This document shows positions 10,571-20,074 of a stretch of DNA of 64,000 bases, piece by piece. The DNA is from an uncultured Nitrospinota bacterium (GTDB lineage Bacteria > Tectomicrobia > Entotheonellia > J063 > CAVPRW01). Position 1 is the first letter of the stretch. Each line of letters begins with the position of its first letter. The translations under genes were made by a program, and so were the position numbers. The notes under the pieces were generated by a model, which did not search any database, was not told the origin of the DNA, and worked only from the letters and a program-made list of their open reading frames with translations. The stretch lies in assembly GCA_963707985.1 (NCBI GenBank), contig CAVPRW010000035.1, positions 64,001-128,000 on the forward strand, read 5' to 3'.

Positions 10571-11767
10571 ATGATAGAAGATTCGATCATCAGGCAAATC
10601 TTCGATGGTTGGGCCGCTTCCGAAAACCATCTCTGTGGCGATCACCTCCAGCGTCCATTGCCGAGCTTTCACGATGTCAAGGACGTGTTCGAACAGGTCT
10701 TTCTCGCGAGCCTCAAATGTGAAGAAGGACGGCCCATTCGCTGTTCTTTTGTCTTGGCCTCTCCAAGCGACATCGACGATCCATCGCATCAGTACAACAA
10801 AGACTTTCGTCGGTTTGTGACCCCTCTCCCATTGACCGCCGACTCGATCGCCAAACTCGCGCCCGCCTTCGACCCGCTGCTTTCTTCAATCGCCGTCTGC
10901 CGAGATGCCGCGATGAGAACCCTTCACTGCTGGGGAATCTTCAACTATTCCCCTCCAGTACACCGCTTGAACGAGCCCTCCCCCGCCCCCGTCGAGGAAC
11001 TGTGGTGCCGCCCGGACCTGTTCACGTTGACGACACGCAATCCTGGCTCCATTCAGGTCTCACGCATGAATTCTAACATTGGTTGGTTTACCGATGGCGA
11101 TTTCGTGCCCGCGGTTCCCACGCCCTTTACCTCCAAGTCTCTGGGAAACCATTTGATGGAGCCCTTAAAGTCTACGAGTCTGTGGCAAGAGTACGGCACG
11201 TATTATTGGCAGTGCTATCGCGCGGCGTTAGAAGTGCTGCTGTTCGAGTCGGCCTCACGGGGGCATGGGGCCATTATCATTTTACTGGCGAGTGGAGACA
11301 CCGTGATTCCTGAGCATATCCTCTCGGACGCGTACCACTTAGAAGCCGTGATGCCCTTGCGCACGCACCTGGAGACGATGCTCGAAGCGCAGAGACGCCA
11401 CCACAGCTCCTCTGGCACATTACTCCTTGAACATCTGCAACGGCTGGCTCAGCTGTCAACGGTCGATGGCGCGTTGATCCTCACGCGGGAACTCGAATTA
11501 GTCGCGTTCGGAGCCAAGCTGCACGTCCCGAATAAATGGACAGGCCAGACGTTAGAGGGTCCAGACGGGTCTGGGTATACGAGCGGGAAGCCATTTCCGG
11601 CTCAGCGATACGGTGTGCGTCACAATTCAGCGATGAACTTTGCCGCCCAATGCGAAGGCAGTACTGCCTTCGTCATCTCTCAAGACGGTCCTATACGGGC
11701 ATTCATTCGGTTGAATGACGAGACGGTGCTGTACTGGCCAGATTGCACGGTTTCAATGTTTGTCTAA
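10571..11767 (+). CDS. Diadenylate cyclase (DisA_N/DAC)-fold protein with N-terminal putative sensor domain
   Basis: C-terminal LSTVDGALIL (DGA), GVRHNSA (RHR-equivalent), FVISQDG; N-terminal SLKCEEGRP…KLAPAFD; central GHGAIIILL. Confidence 0.8.
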   Translation: MIEDSIIRQIFDGWAASENHLCGDHLQRPLPSFHDVKDVFEQVFLASLKCEEGRPIRCSFVLASPSDIDDPSHQYNKDFRRFVTPLPLTADSIAKLAPAFDPLLSSIAVCRDAAMRTLHCWGIFNYSPPVHRLNEPSPAPVEELWCRPDLFTLTTRNPGSIQVSRMNSNIGWFTDGDFVPAVPTPFTSKSLGNHLMEPLKSTSLWQEYGTYYWQCYRAALEVLLFESASRGHGAIIILLASGDTVIPEHILSDAYHLEAVMPLRTHLETMLEAQRRHHSSSGTLLLEHLQRLAQLSTVDGALILTRELELVAFGAKLHVPNKWTGQTLEGPDGSGYTSGKPFPAQRYGVRHNSAMNFAAQCEGSTAFVISQDGPIRAFIRLNDETVLYWPDCTVSMFV

Positions 11768-12257
11768 TAGGGTCTGATCTCGCATGACGACGCTACGAAT
11801 TCCGTTTCAATCTGGTCTTAGGTCGCGTTGCCGTGATGAAGACCCCAGGTCTGACGGGGTCGATGGCGCAAACACTCCCGACGGGCCGTGAGACGCAAGG
11901 CCGGTTGCACAGCGGCTGCTTGAGCCAGACCTGCTGGCTGCAACCTCACATGCGTATAGGCTGGGACATCCGTTATAGTCTCTCTCGATCTCCACGAATC
12001 CGCCTGACTCAGACCATGGTCACAGCTGACACGGATGACACGACTTTTGGGAAACTGTTGAGGAGAGGAGATAGGGGGGACTGTGCCACTCCCTGCAGGG
12101 AGCCATACGAGGCCATATCCGCGTACCACCTCATGGTCGCCGCCACGCGGTTGACAGGTCGGGATAGCTGCCTTACAGTTGAGAGAATGCGCCCGTGCAT
12201 CTGAGAGGTGGAGGTTGTTTATTGATACCATGAGCGCCGACGAGAGGAGACCAGGGT

Positions 12258-12503
12258 ATGGTTGAAGTCTATGGGGCTGACTGGTGTGGGGATACGCAGC
12301 GGACGCGCCGACATCTGGACAGCCTGGGGGTCGCGTACCACTATATCAATGTGGAGCAAGACCAGCAGGCGTCCGCATGGGTGAAGCAGCAGAACGACGG
12401 CAAGGAGCGGAAGCCGACGGTCAAGATTGGAGAGCAGGTGTTGGCGGAGCCCAGTGACCCAGAGTTAGAGCATGCACTGCGACAAGAGGGACTGATCCCT
12501 TGA
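12258..12503 (+). CDS. Glutaredoxin/mycoredoxin-like small redoxin
   Basis: VYGADWCGDT, YINVE, PTVKIG…EPS; AGGAG SD. Confidence 0.85.
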   Translation: MVEVYGADWCGDTQRTRRHLDSLGVAYHYINVEQDQQASAWVKQQNDGKERKPTVKIGEQVLAEPSDPELEHALRQEGLIP

Positions 12504-13340
12504 GGGTTCCAGAAGAGTCGCAGCATCGAACAGGGTGGGCAGCGCTGGAGCTGTTGCCTTCGCCTTGGACTTTTTCGACGCTTTCTCAGGTTTGGGCGCT
12601 CGTGGTGGCGTGCTGACTCGCCGTGCAACCATCTCCATGTCGAGCCCCTGCCGGTGGATGTCGAAACCGTCATGTCGACGAAGATCGTTCACCCCCACCG
12701 TCAACTGGAACGGGAACGCTTCCGGCAGTCGGAGGAACTGCTGCGCCTCGATCTCGTCGGCGGCAGCTTGCGCCCAGCAGCGCTTCGAGCAACCACAGTT
12801 GGAGCGACGAAGATGCCGTTCGGTGTTTGTTGGTCAGCAGGAAATGTCCCTTCGCTCTTCGTGGACCGCAGGACTTCCCAATCCACCAGGGTCGTGATGA
12901 GCTTCTGGGCCGCTTCCTTGCTGGTGGCCCGGTCGCCCCAGGTCGTCAGCGATCCGGGTCCTGCACCTGGGCGGTGGTGAAATCGTCCTGGAGCGCCAGC
13001 AGCCGACCGACGACCTCGGCAGCATCCCGGAAGAACGGGTACGCCAGGGCCGTCATGCCCCAATGGAGCCAGATGCCGCTCTTGCCCGGTGATACGTGGG
13101 CAAGAGCGCCACGGCCCGATCCCGCAGGGCGACTCGCTTCTGGGGAATGCCGCTCCAGATTCGCAAGACTGATTCCAATCGCCTTAGCCCTAGATTCCTT
13201 GCCGGGCAGGTCTTCTGTCGAGTGCGTGATCGAGGAATTGCCGGAGTTCCGCCTCGTCGGTCGTCTGCACGAGCCGATCCAGCACGGCGTCCAGCCAGAC
13301 CCGCTTGATCTTCTGGGAGAATGCCGACGACCTTCCTCAT
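12465..13340 (-). CDS. brxA: BREX type III BrxA-like protein (several frameshifts)
   Basis: Reassembled MRKVVGFSQKIKRVWLD…LHWGMTALAYPFF…WGDR…DW…LWLLEALL…FPF; last gene of the operon, ATGA overlap with the pglZ stop. Confidence 0.7.
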
Positions 13341-15305
13341 GCGTCCTCTCTGGTGATCGCCACGAACGGAACCATGACTTCTTCCAGGGCGATGCCGCCG
13401 TGGGCAACAATCTCGTCACCCTCATCGGTGAACGCCTTGAGGTCGCCCGCCAGCAGAACGTGACGGGCCGGAGGCAGGCCGTAGTTCGGCCAGCGCATCG
13501 ATTCGGGGAACTTGGTGGCCACCTCATCACGGAACTCAGGACGGTCGTAGACCCTGACTCGCTTCCCTCTCGTTTCGACCAGGACGCCTTCTCTCGGGAT
13601 TGCCGATGCCCGTCGCCGTGACGTTGCCGTGGTCGGCGGTCAGATAGACGGCGAAGCCCTCATGCATGGAGGCGGGCCAGCAAGCTGTTGCAGATGGCCT
13701 TGCGAAGCCCACAGGCGCACCTGGTTGTGCATCCCTGCGGTCTGCATCTGCATCCCGTGCATGATATCATCGACCTTGTTCCACACGATCCCAAGGATCG
13801 ACAGCCGAGGATTCGCCAGGGCTGTCTCCAGCTTCGGGTCGTCAGGCCCTTCCAGGTTCGTGACCAGTTCGACCCCAGCCCGCTGAACGCCCTGGTCTTC
13901 CCAAAACCGCAGCCAGTGTGCCCTCTCCTTCGAGGTCGTCTCCAAGGAGTCGGGGAAGTACAGCGGCGGCTCGCCGGCGAAGATCGACTGGCGGGTGACG
14001 GAAGTGAGGGTCGGCACCCAGGCAAAGGCCGTCGATTCCTGGAAGCGCCACGCCTTATCGCAGGCTTTCAAGGTTCTTCCGCAGCAAGAGCCACTGATCG
14101 AAGGCCAGGCCGTCCAGCACGAGCAGGGCGATCTTGGCGAGCTTCTTCCGTGTCCGCTCGACGGCCATGAAGCGGGAAATCTGATGGACCATGACCGGCT
14201 GCTGGTGGTACGGCAGATTGTGCAGCGAGCCGTAGCGCTGCATCATCCACTGGCCGAAGGCGTCCTCCGACCTTCGCCTGCAAATCGGCTCCAGGCCGTT
14301 CGGTCGGCGGCGTCCAGCGCCTCGTCCCACTCCCAGCGCAGCACGACCAGTTCCGCCCAGCGTTGGGCCGCTTGCTGCCATTCCCGGTGCGACACGTCGG
14401 CGCTGGGAAGTTCTGTCTCGAACTTCTGTCGCAGATCCTCGAAACCGGCGCAGGGCGTCGGCCTTGGGATCGTGGACCACGCCCGTCCGCACCCAGGCGG
14501 GCAACTTGGCCACGTTCTCCTGTTCGACCGGCGTCAGCGAACCATCGAGGAAGAACGTGTCGATGTAGGCCCGCACGTCCTCGTGGCTGAATGGAACCCG
14601 GCTTTGCTGGCCCTGGTCACTCGAGGGAGGCAAGGAAGCGTTTCCATTCGTCTTGCAGGAACCGCAGAAACTTCTCCCGGCTGGGCAGAATGTCGGCCAG
14701 CGGCCACGTCGCGAACGTGGCGTCTTTCGTCAGGCTCTCCAGCAGGTAGTCGACCAGGAAGTCGGGCAGGCGCACCTTGCGGGAGTGCAGCGACAGCAGC
14801 ACCTTCAGCAGATCGACCGGCGTCTTGATGAGCTTCGGCACGATGCCGAAGCAGTGCATCAGCACGAACGTCTTTGGTTTCCCGCTCGGTCAACTGATCG
14901 CCGTCGTGCTTCTGGTACGCCTCGTCCACGGCGTCCAGGTACGCGCGGTCCAGCCCGGCGATCACCGGGTAGTTCAGCTTCGGGAACAACTGGTGCAGGG
15001 CAAACGTCAGTGGCCGTGCCGGCCTTCAGCAGATCGAACGGCAGCTTGTTCAACTGCTGCTCGGCGGAACGCAGGACCACCACCAAGTCGGTCTTCTGGC
15101 CCTTGTCCCACAGGCTGCGGTACTGCGACTCGTAGGCGAAGCGGAAGGCAATCGCATCATCGAAGGGGATCAGATCGAAGCCACGGTCCCGAATGGCCGA
15201 CAACATCCCTTCCTCGGTGAGCAATCCGTCCGGGTCGGCCACCAAGGTCAGCCGGGAAATCTTCGGCTGGAAGTTCTTCAGGATCGTGTCACGCCAGTTA
15301 GCCAT
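13337..15305 (-). CDS. pglZ: BREX type III phosphatase PglZ (frameshifted)
   Basis: LTLVADPDGLL…FRFAYES; alkaline-phosphatase-fold motifs LLVLDGL, FAWVPTLTSVTRQSIF, VDDIMHG, TADHGN, AHGGIALEEVMVP. Confidence 0.9.
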
Positions 15306-18124
15306 TCCCTGCCTCCACCCGCAAGAGAATGACCGGCTGAAGTTCGGGCAGGACGTGCTCCCGCTTGCGCAGTTCGGCTGCCCAGACCCGCTCCTCTTCG
15401 TCCAGCCGCTTGAGACGATGCTGCCGGACTTCGGGCAGGCCGATCCGCTGCAGGGCGTCACGTCGCACCTGGAAGGCGTACTGGCCCTTCTCCTGTTCTC
15501 GCTTCAAGCGCTGCTGGTGCCGGGCGTGAAGTTCGTGGAAAGCGTCCTCGCCCTGGCGTTCGGCTTCGGACCGCAGACGACGGAAGACCGCTTCGACTTC
15601 AGCAGCCGTCTTGGTGCCCACCTGTTCGACTTCGGGTCGGTCTTCCAGCAGGCGTCCCAAATGTGCCGGGCCGTGGGAACAGGATGCGTCCGTCGTCGTG
15701 GTGGAAGATCGGGAATGATCTTCACGTCCCGGAGCGACTGATGGTCGAGGGCGATGCGCCACAGCGACCAGTAGCCGACGACCTCGGCGGGCAAGCTCGC
15801 AAACGCGCACGCAGGGAATCGGCTCGGTGACGACGACACGGGGCAACTGTTGTACGAGGCGACGAATCCGGGCGTCTTCCAGGCTGACGTGCGGCAGCCC
15901 TCGGTCCTGGGCCTCCCGGCTGTGGAACGACACCCGCTCCATCCGGCTGCCATCGGGCCACTCCAGGGTGTAGCTGAACAAGTCCCGCTGCACCTTGCCG
16001 CCTTCGCATCGCAGGTACGCCGTCGCCATCCGTTCGACCCAAAACGGCAACGGGTGGCTGCTCAACTGCTGGGCCAGCGTCGGGTCCAGCACGGTTTCGC
16101 CGTAGTACGACCGCCCGGCGATTTCCTGCTGCGCCTGTTCCCGCACGTCCTGCGATCAGCCGGTCGATGTTCTTCTCGATGTCACCGGGATTGAGGATGG
16201 CCTGGGCGTACAGCTTCTCGAAGATGGCCCCGCTCTCGGCGGAATCCAGCACGTCCTGCGTCTTGTCCACGCCGAACTCATCGAGGATCGTCGCCAGCTT
16301 CTCTTCCAGGACTTCCTGCACCCGCAGTTCCACGCTGTCCTCGAAGATCAGGTTGAACGCCTTCACCGGGAGCTTCTGGCCGATACGGTCCACCCGCCCG
16401 ATGCGCTGCTCGATCCGCATCGGGTTCCAGGGCAGATCGTAGTTGATGACGACGTGGGCGAATTGCAGGTTCAGACCTTCGCCACCGGCGTCGGTCGAGA
16501 CGAGAATCCGGGCCTTCTCGGCGAACTGCCGCTGGACTCGCCGCCGTTCCTCCAGGTCCATCGAGCCGTTGAGGCAGACGACCGAGAAGCCGTGCTGCTC
16601 CAGGAAGTCCCGCAGCATCGTTCTGCGTCGGCGACGAACTCGGTGAAGATCAGGTACTTCAACTCCGGGTTGTTCTCGTCCCGCTGGTTCTCGTACAGGA
16701 TGTCGAGCAGGGTTTCGGCCCGTGCGTCCGGCCCCTGCGCCTGACAGCGCCGGGCCAGATCGAGCAGCAGCTTGCACTTCCTCTTTCTCGTTCTGCAGCC
16801 CCGCCAGCCGGATCGCCAGCAGTTCTTCCAACTGCTCCTGGCTGTCCTGCTCGTCCAGATTGGTTTCGGGCGGTTCCTCGTCGGTGGCCGTGAGGTTGGT
16901 GGCTTGCAGCGCTTCGAGACGGCGCTCCAGCGCCGAGGCAATGGCCTGCGTGCTGCTGGTGACGAGCCGCTGCATCAGGATCATCAGGAAGCCGAGGTAC
17001 TGGCGGTTCTGCCGCATCGCCTGGTTGTAGCCCAGGCGCACGTACTCCGTGACCGATTCGTACAGGTGCTTCTGGAGCTGTGTGCTTCTCTTCCCAGCGG
17101 ACGGGCATGAGCTTGGTCAGCCGGGGCAGAAAGAGCGGATCGCCCCGGTCATTGATGGCCCGCCGCTTCTCCGTGCGGATCACGAAGGGGACGACCTTCT
17201 CCCTGCGGATCGACCCAGCGGCAATGAACTCGTCCCGGTCCAGCAGGGCCATGAGCCGCTGGAAGGCAGTCGGTCTTGCCCTGGTGCGGGGTGGCCGACA
17301 GCAGCAGCAGATACGGGGCGGCTTCGGCCAGGGCTTTGCCGAGGCGGTAGCGGGCGACCTGTTCGGTGCTGCCGCCGAGCCGGTGGGCTTCGTCGCAGAT
17401 AATCAAATCCCAGCCGGCGTCGATCAGGTCGCCGAGGCGTTCCTGGTTGTAGCGCTTCCAGCTTCTCACGGGACCAGCCTCGCCGCCGTTCGACCGGCTT
17501 GATCGAATCGACGGGGCAGACGACCTGATCGAACTGCCGCCAGACGTTCTCGGCGCCGGTGAGATTGCGCCACAACGAGAACTCACTCGGCGTCAGCAGC
17601 CGGAACTCCTCGCCGAAATGGGTCTGCATTTCCTGCACCCACTGCGTCACGAGGCCCTTGGGGGCGACGACCAGTACCCGCTTCACCAGCCCACGCAGCT
17701 TCAGTTCCCGGAAGATCAGCCCGGCTTCGATGGTCTTGCCCAGGCCGACTTCATCGGCCAGCAGGTACCGGATGCGGTCGCCGGTCATCGCACGGGTCAG
17801 GGCGTATAGCTGGTGCGGCAGCGGGATGACGCCTGCTTCGAGCGGGGCCAGCAGCACGTCCTGGGTCAAGGCGTCGGCGATCCGAGCGGCGGCGACGGCG
17901 TAGGTGATGCGGTCGAGGCCGGTCGTCTTCGTCGGTTGAGCGGGAGCCAGCGACTCGGCGGGAACTCGCTCGACCGTGGCCAGCCGGGGAATCCAGACCT
18001 GATAGACGGTGTGGTTCCAGACGGTTTCTACGTCAAGGATGCGCACGGACTCCCCGTGGGCCGCACTGAAGGCCCAGGAGCCGATGGGGAAGGCTGTCAG
18101 GTTGATTGTTGCCGGTTGGGTCAT
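15298..18124 (-). CDS. brxHII: BREX type III SNF2/RapA-like helicase BrxHII (frameshifted)
   Basis: LADEVGLGKT, DEAH, LSATP, STDAGGEGLNLQF, DLPWNPMRIEQRIGRVDRIGQ; stop overlaps the pglZ start. Confidence 0.9.
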
Positions 18125-18197
18125 GAGTGTTCCTGGCCGCCATTGCGCTGGACTGCGCTCGAATTGTCCTCTTCCGCCGTATTCCGCCTTTCCCACG

Positions 18198-18312
18198 CCA
18201 TGACCACAAAGCCAGGCACCGCTGGCAATTCCGGCAGTGTAGCAAACCACGTCAGGGCCGAGGCATACTCCCGCTGGATGTCAATAAGCACATCAGTATC
18301 GAGGAGATACAC
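18198..18312 (-). pseudogene. Truncated PIN-domain (VapC-like) toxin
   Basis: MYLLDTDVLIDIQR…PGFVVM, after which the similarity stops at ~38 codons. Confidence 0.75.
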
Positions 18313-18315
18313 AGG

Positions 18316-18576
18316 CTATTCCTGTACTCGCCTTTCCGCCTTGTGACGGAGTTGACGCGCGTGCGCTGGGCTATCGACGATATCAGGCCGCATCCCAATG
18401 ACCCCCTCGCGTTGCCAATAGGCGACCAGTTCTGCCCCGGTGGTTGGTACGGGACCGACCAGAGACCGCGTAGAGAGGAGACGCAGGACGTACGCAGACA
18501 GCGGCAGGCCTAACTGGGCAGCTTCTGTTGCCAATTCGTTTTCCAATTCTTGTGGTAAGTTAAGTGTGATACTCAT
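18316..18576 (-). CDS. Putative antitoxin (RHH-like N-terminus)
   Basis: MSITLNLPQELENELATEAAQLGLPLSAYV; ends 3 nt upstream of the PIN gene. Confidence 0.7.
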   Translation of the reverse strand: MSITLNLPQELENELATEAAQLGLPLSAYVLRLLSTRSLVGPVPTTGAELVAYWQREGVIGMRPDIVDSPAHARQLRHKAERRVQE

Positions 18577-18988
18577 GGACAGTTTCCTTGTCTGACCTCA
18601 GACTGCCATCTCCTGTGCTTACCGCCAATAGGCACTCGCCAAGTGTACGATTCTTTGGTACGTGAGACAACCCAGAGCGCTGGCCTAACGTCACACTATA
18701 ACCCACAATGACTTCCTCATTCTCCGATGAGCAACCAAGCCGTAATCCACTGTCTGACAAGGTCTTGAAGGAGTACCGGGAACCCGGAAGTGTGCATGAG
18801 GAAGCGATGGCTTCCTTATTCTTCCTTTCCCCACGCAATGACCACACTCCGTCAGGTCGTGACCGATGCGAGATGGTGCGGCGTATCCCCCCGCCTGAAT
18901 CCGGACGACGGTGCCTGCCGGCTTATGATCGTCATTGCCTTGGACTTCCTCCGACTTCCTTCGGCTTCCTTCGACTGGTGAACACAGG

Positions 18989-20063
18989 CTAGCCGGACAA
19001 CACTAGCCACCATCGGGAATGAGGCCCGCGTCCGCTGCTGGCGACAAGTCCCACGTTGCGCAGCAAAGTCATGTCATTGCGCACAGCGCGTTCCGAGATG
19101 GACTCGTGCAAATGCTCGAAAACCTCTCGAAAAGGGTGTGGTCTGCCGTCGGCAAGGAATTGAAGGATGCGCCGTTGCCGGTCAGTCAGATCGTGGCTCA
19201 CCCGCAACGGCGGCGCGTATGCACTCGGCAGGAACCGCACCACCACGGCGCCGGCCTGCTCCTCGAACTCGGGTTCCGGCTGACCCGCGGCCACACACCA
19301 GTCCACAATCTTTTGCGTACCTCGGCCCCACTGTTCAATCAGCCCACGCCGGAAGAAAACCTCGGCGATCAACGGGTTGCGGGGGAAGGAAACGTGGTTC
19401 CGCTTCAGGTCGTCCACCGTGATGTCCGCAGGCAACAACCCCGCACTGATGATTTCCAGCCGATCATCGAAAATGGCGACGTTCACCGCTCCACCTGGAA
19501 TCGTGTAATCTCGATGACACAGCGCATTGACGAGTGCTTCCCGCAACGCCAATGGCGGATACAGCAAGGTCCACGTCAGCGACCGTGTACCCCTCGGCCA
19601 CCTGCCGTTCCCACCGCCCCTGGGCGTTCGCCCGTGCCAGGAGCCGGCGTTGGTATTCCGTTTGCGGCATCCGGGAAGTCGTGTTCCCGATCCGCAGGTA
19701 TGGTCTGCCGTCGAACGTGTAGGGGCCGTCCGTGCGAAGCGTCGTTTCCAGTATCAGGACTTCCTTGGTCCCGGACACAGGAATGCGGCTCTGTGCGATC
19801 CATACGGGCGGTTCCAGCTTGCGGATCGCATTGGCCACTTCCTGAAACGTGGCGTCCGTGGTGTCTTGGCCTTGAATCTTGCCCGCATTGGTGACACCGA
19901 AGAGGACTTTGCCGCCCGACCCATTTAGGAAGCCGCAGAGCGTCACCATCCCGCCCTGCAACTCACCGGTGGTCTTCTTGAACTCGACGTGTTCCCACTC
20001 GCCCTTGCTCTCGGCGATCAGGCGTTGCAGTTCGGTCAGTGTCATGATGCCGGGTGCGGTCAT
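18989..20063 (-). pseudogene. AlbA_2 (Schlafen-like) + HATPase_c_4 + wHTH protein with apparent out-of-frame internal deletion
   Basis: EHVEFKKT…GFLNGSGGKVLFGV; LREALVNALCHRDY, RNPLIAEVF, IEQWGRG; C-terminal wHTH; the halves join out of frame at ~19567. Confidence 0.75.
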
Positions 20064-20074
20064 GCAGTGCCTTC

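Noticed and set aside
11800..12230. Possible transposase remnant or DAC effector gene
   Set aside because: No convincing motif in any frame
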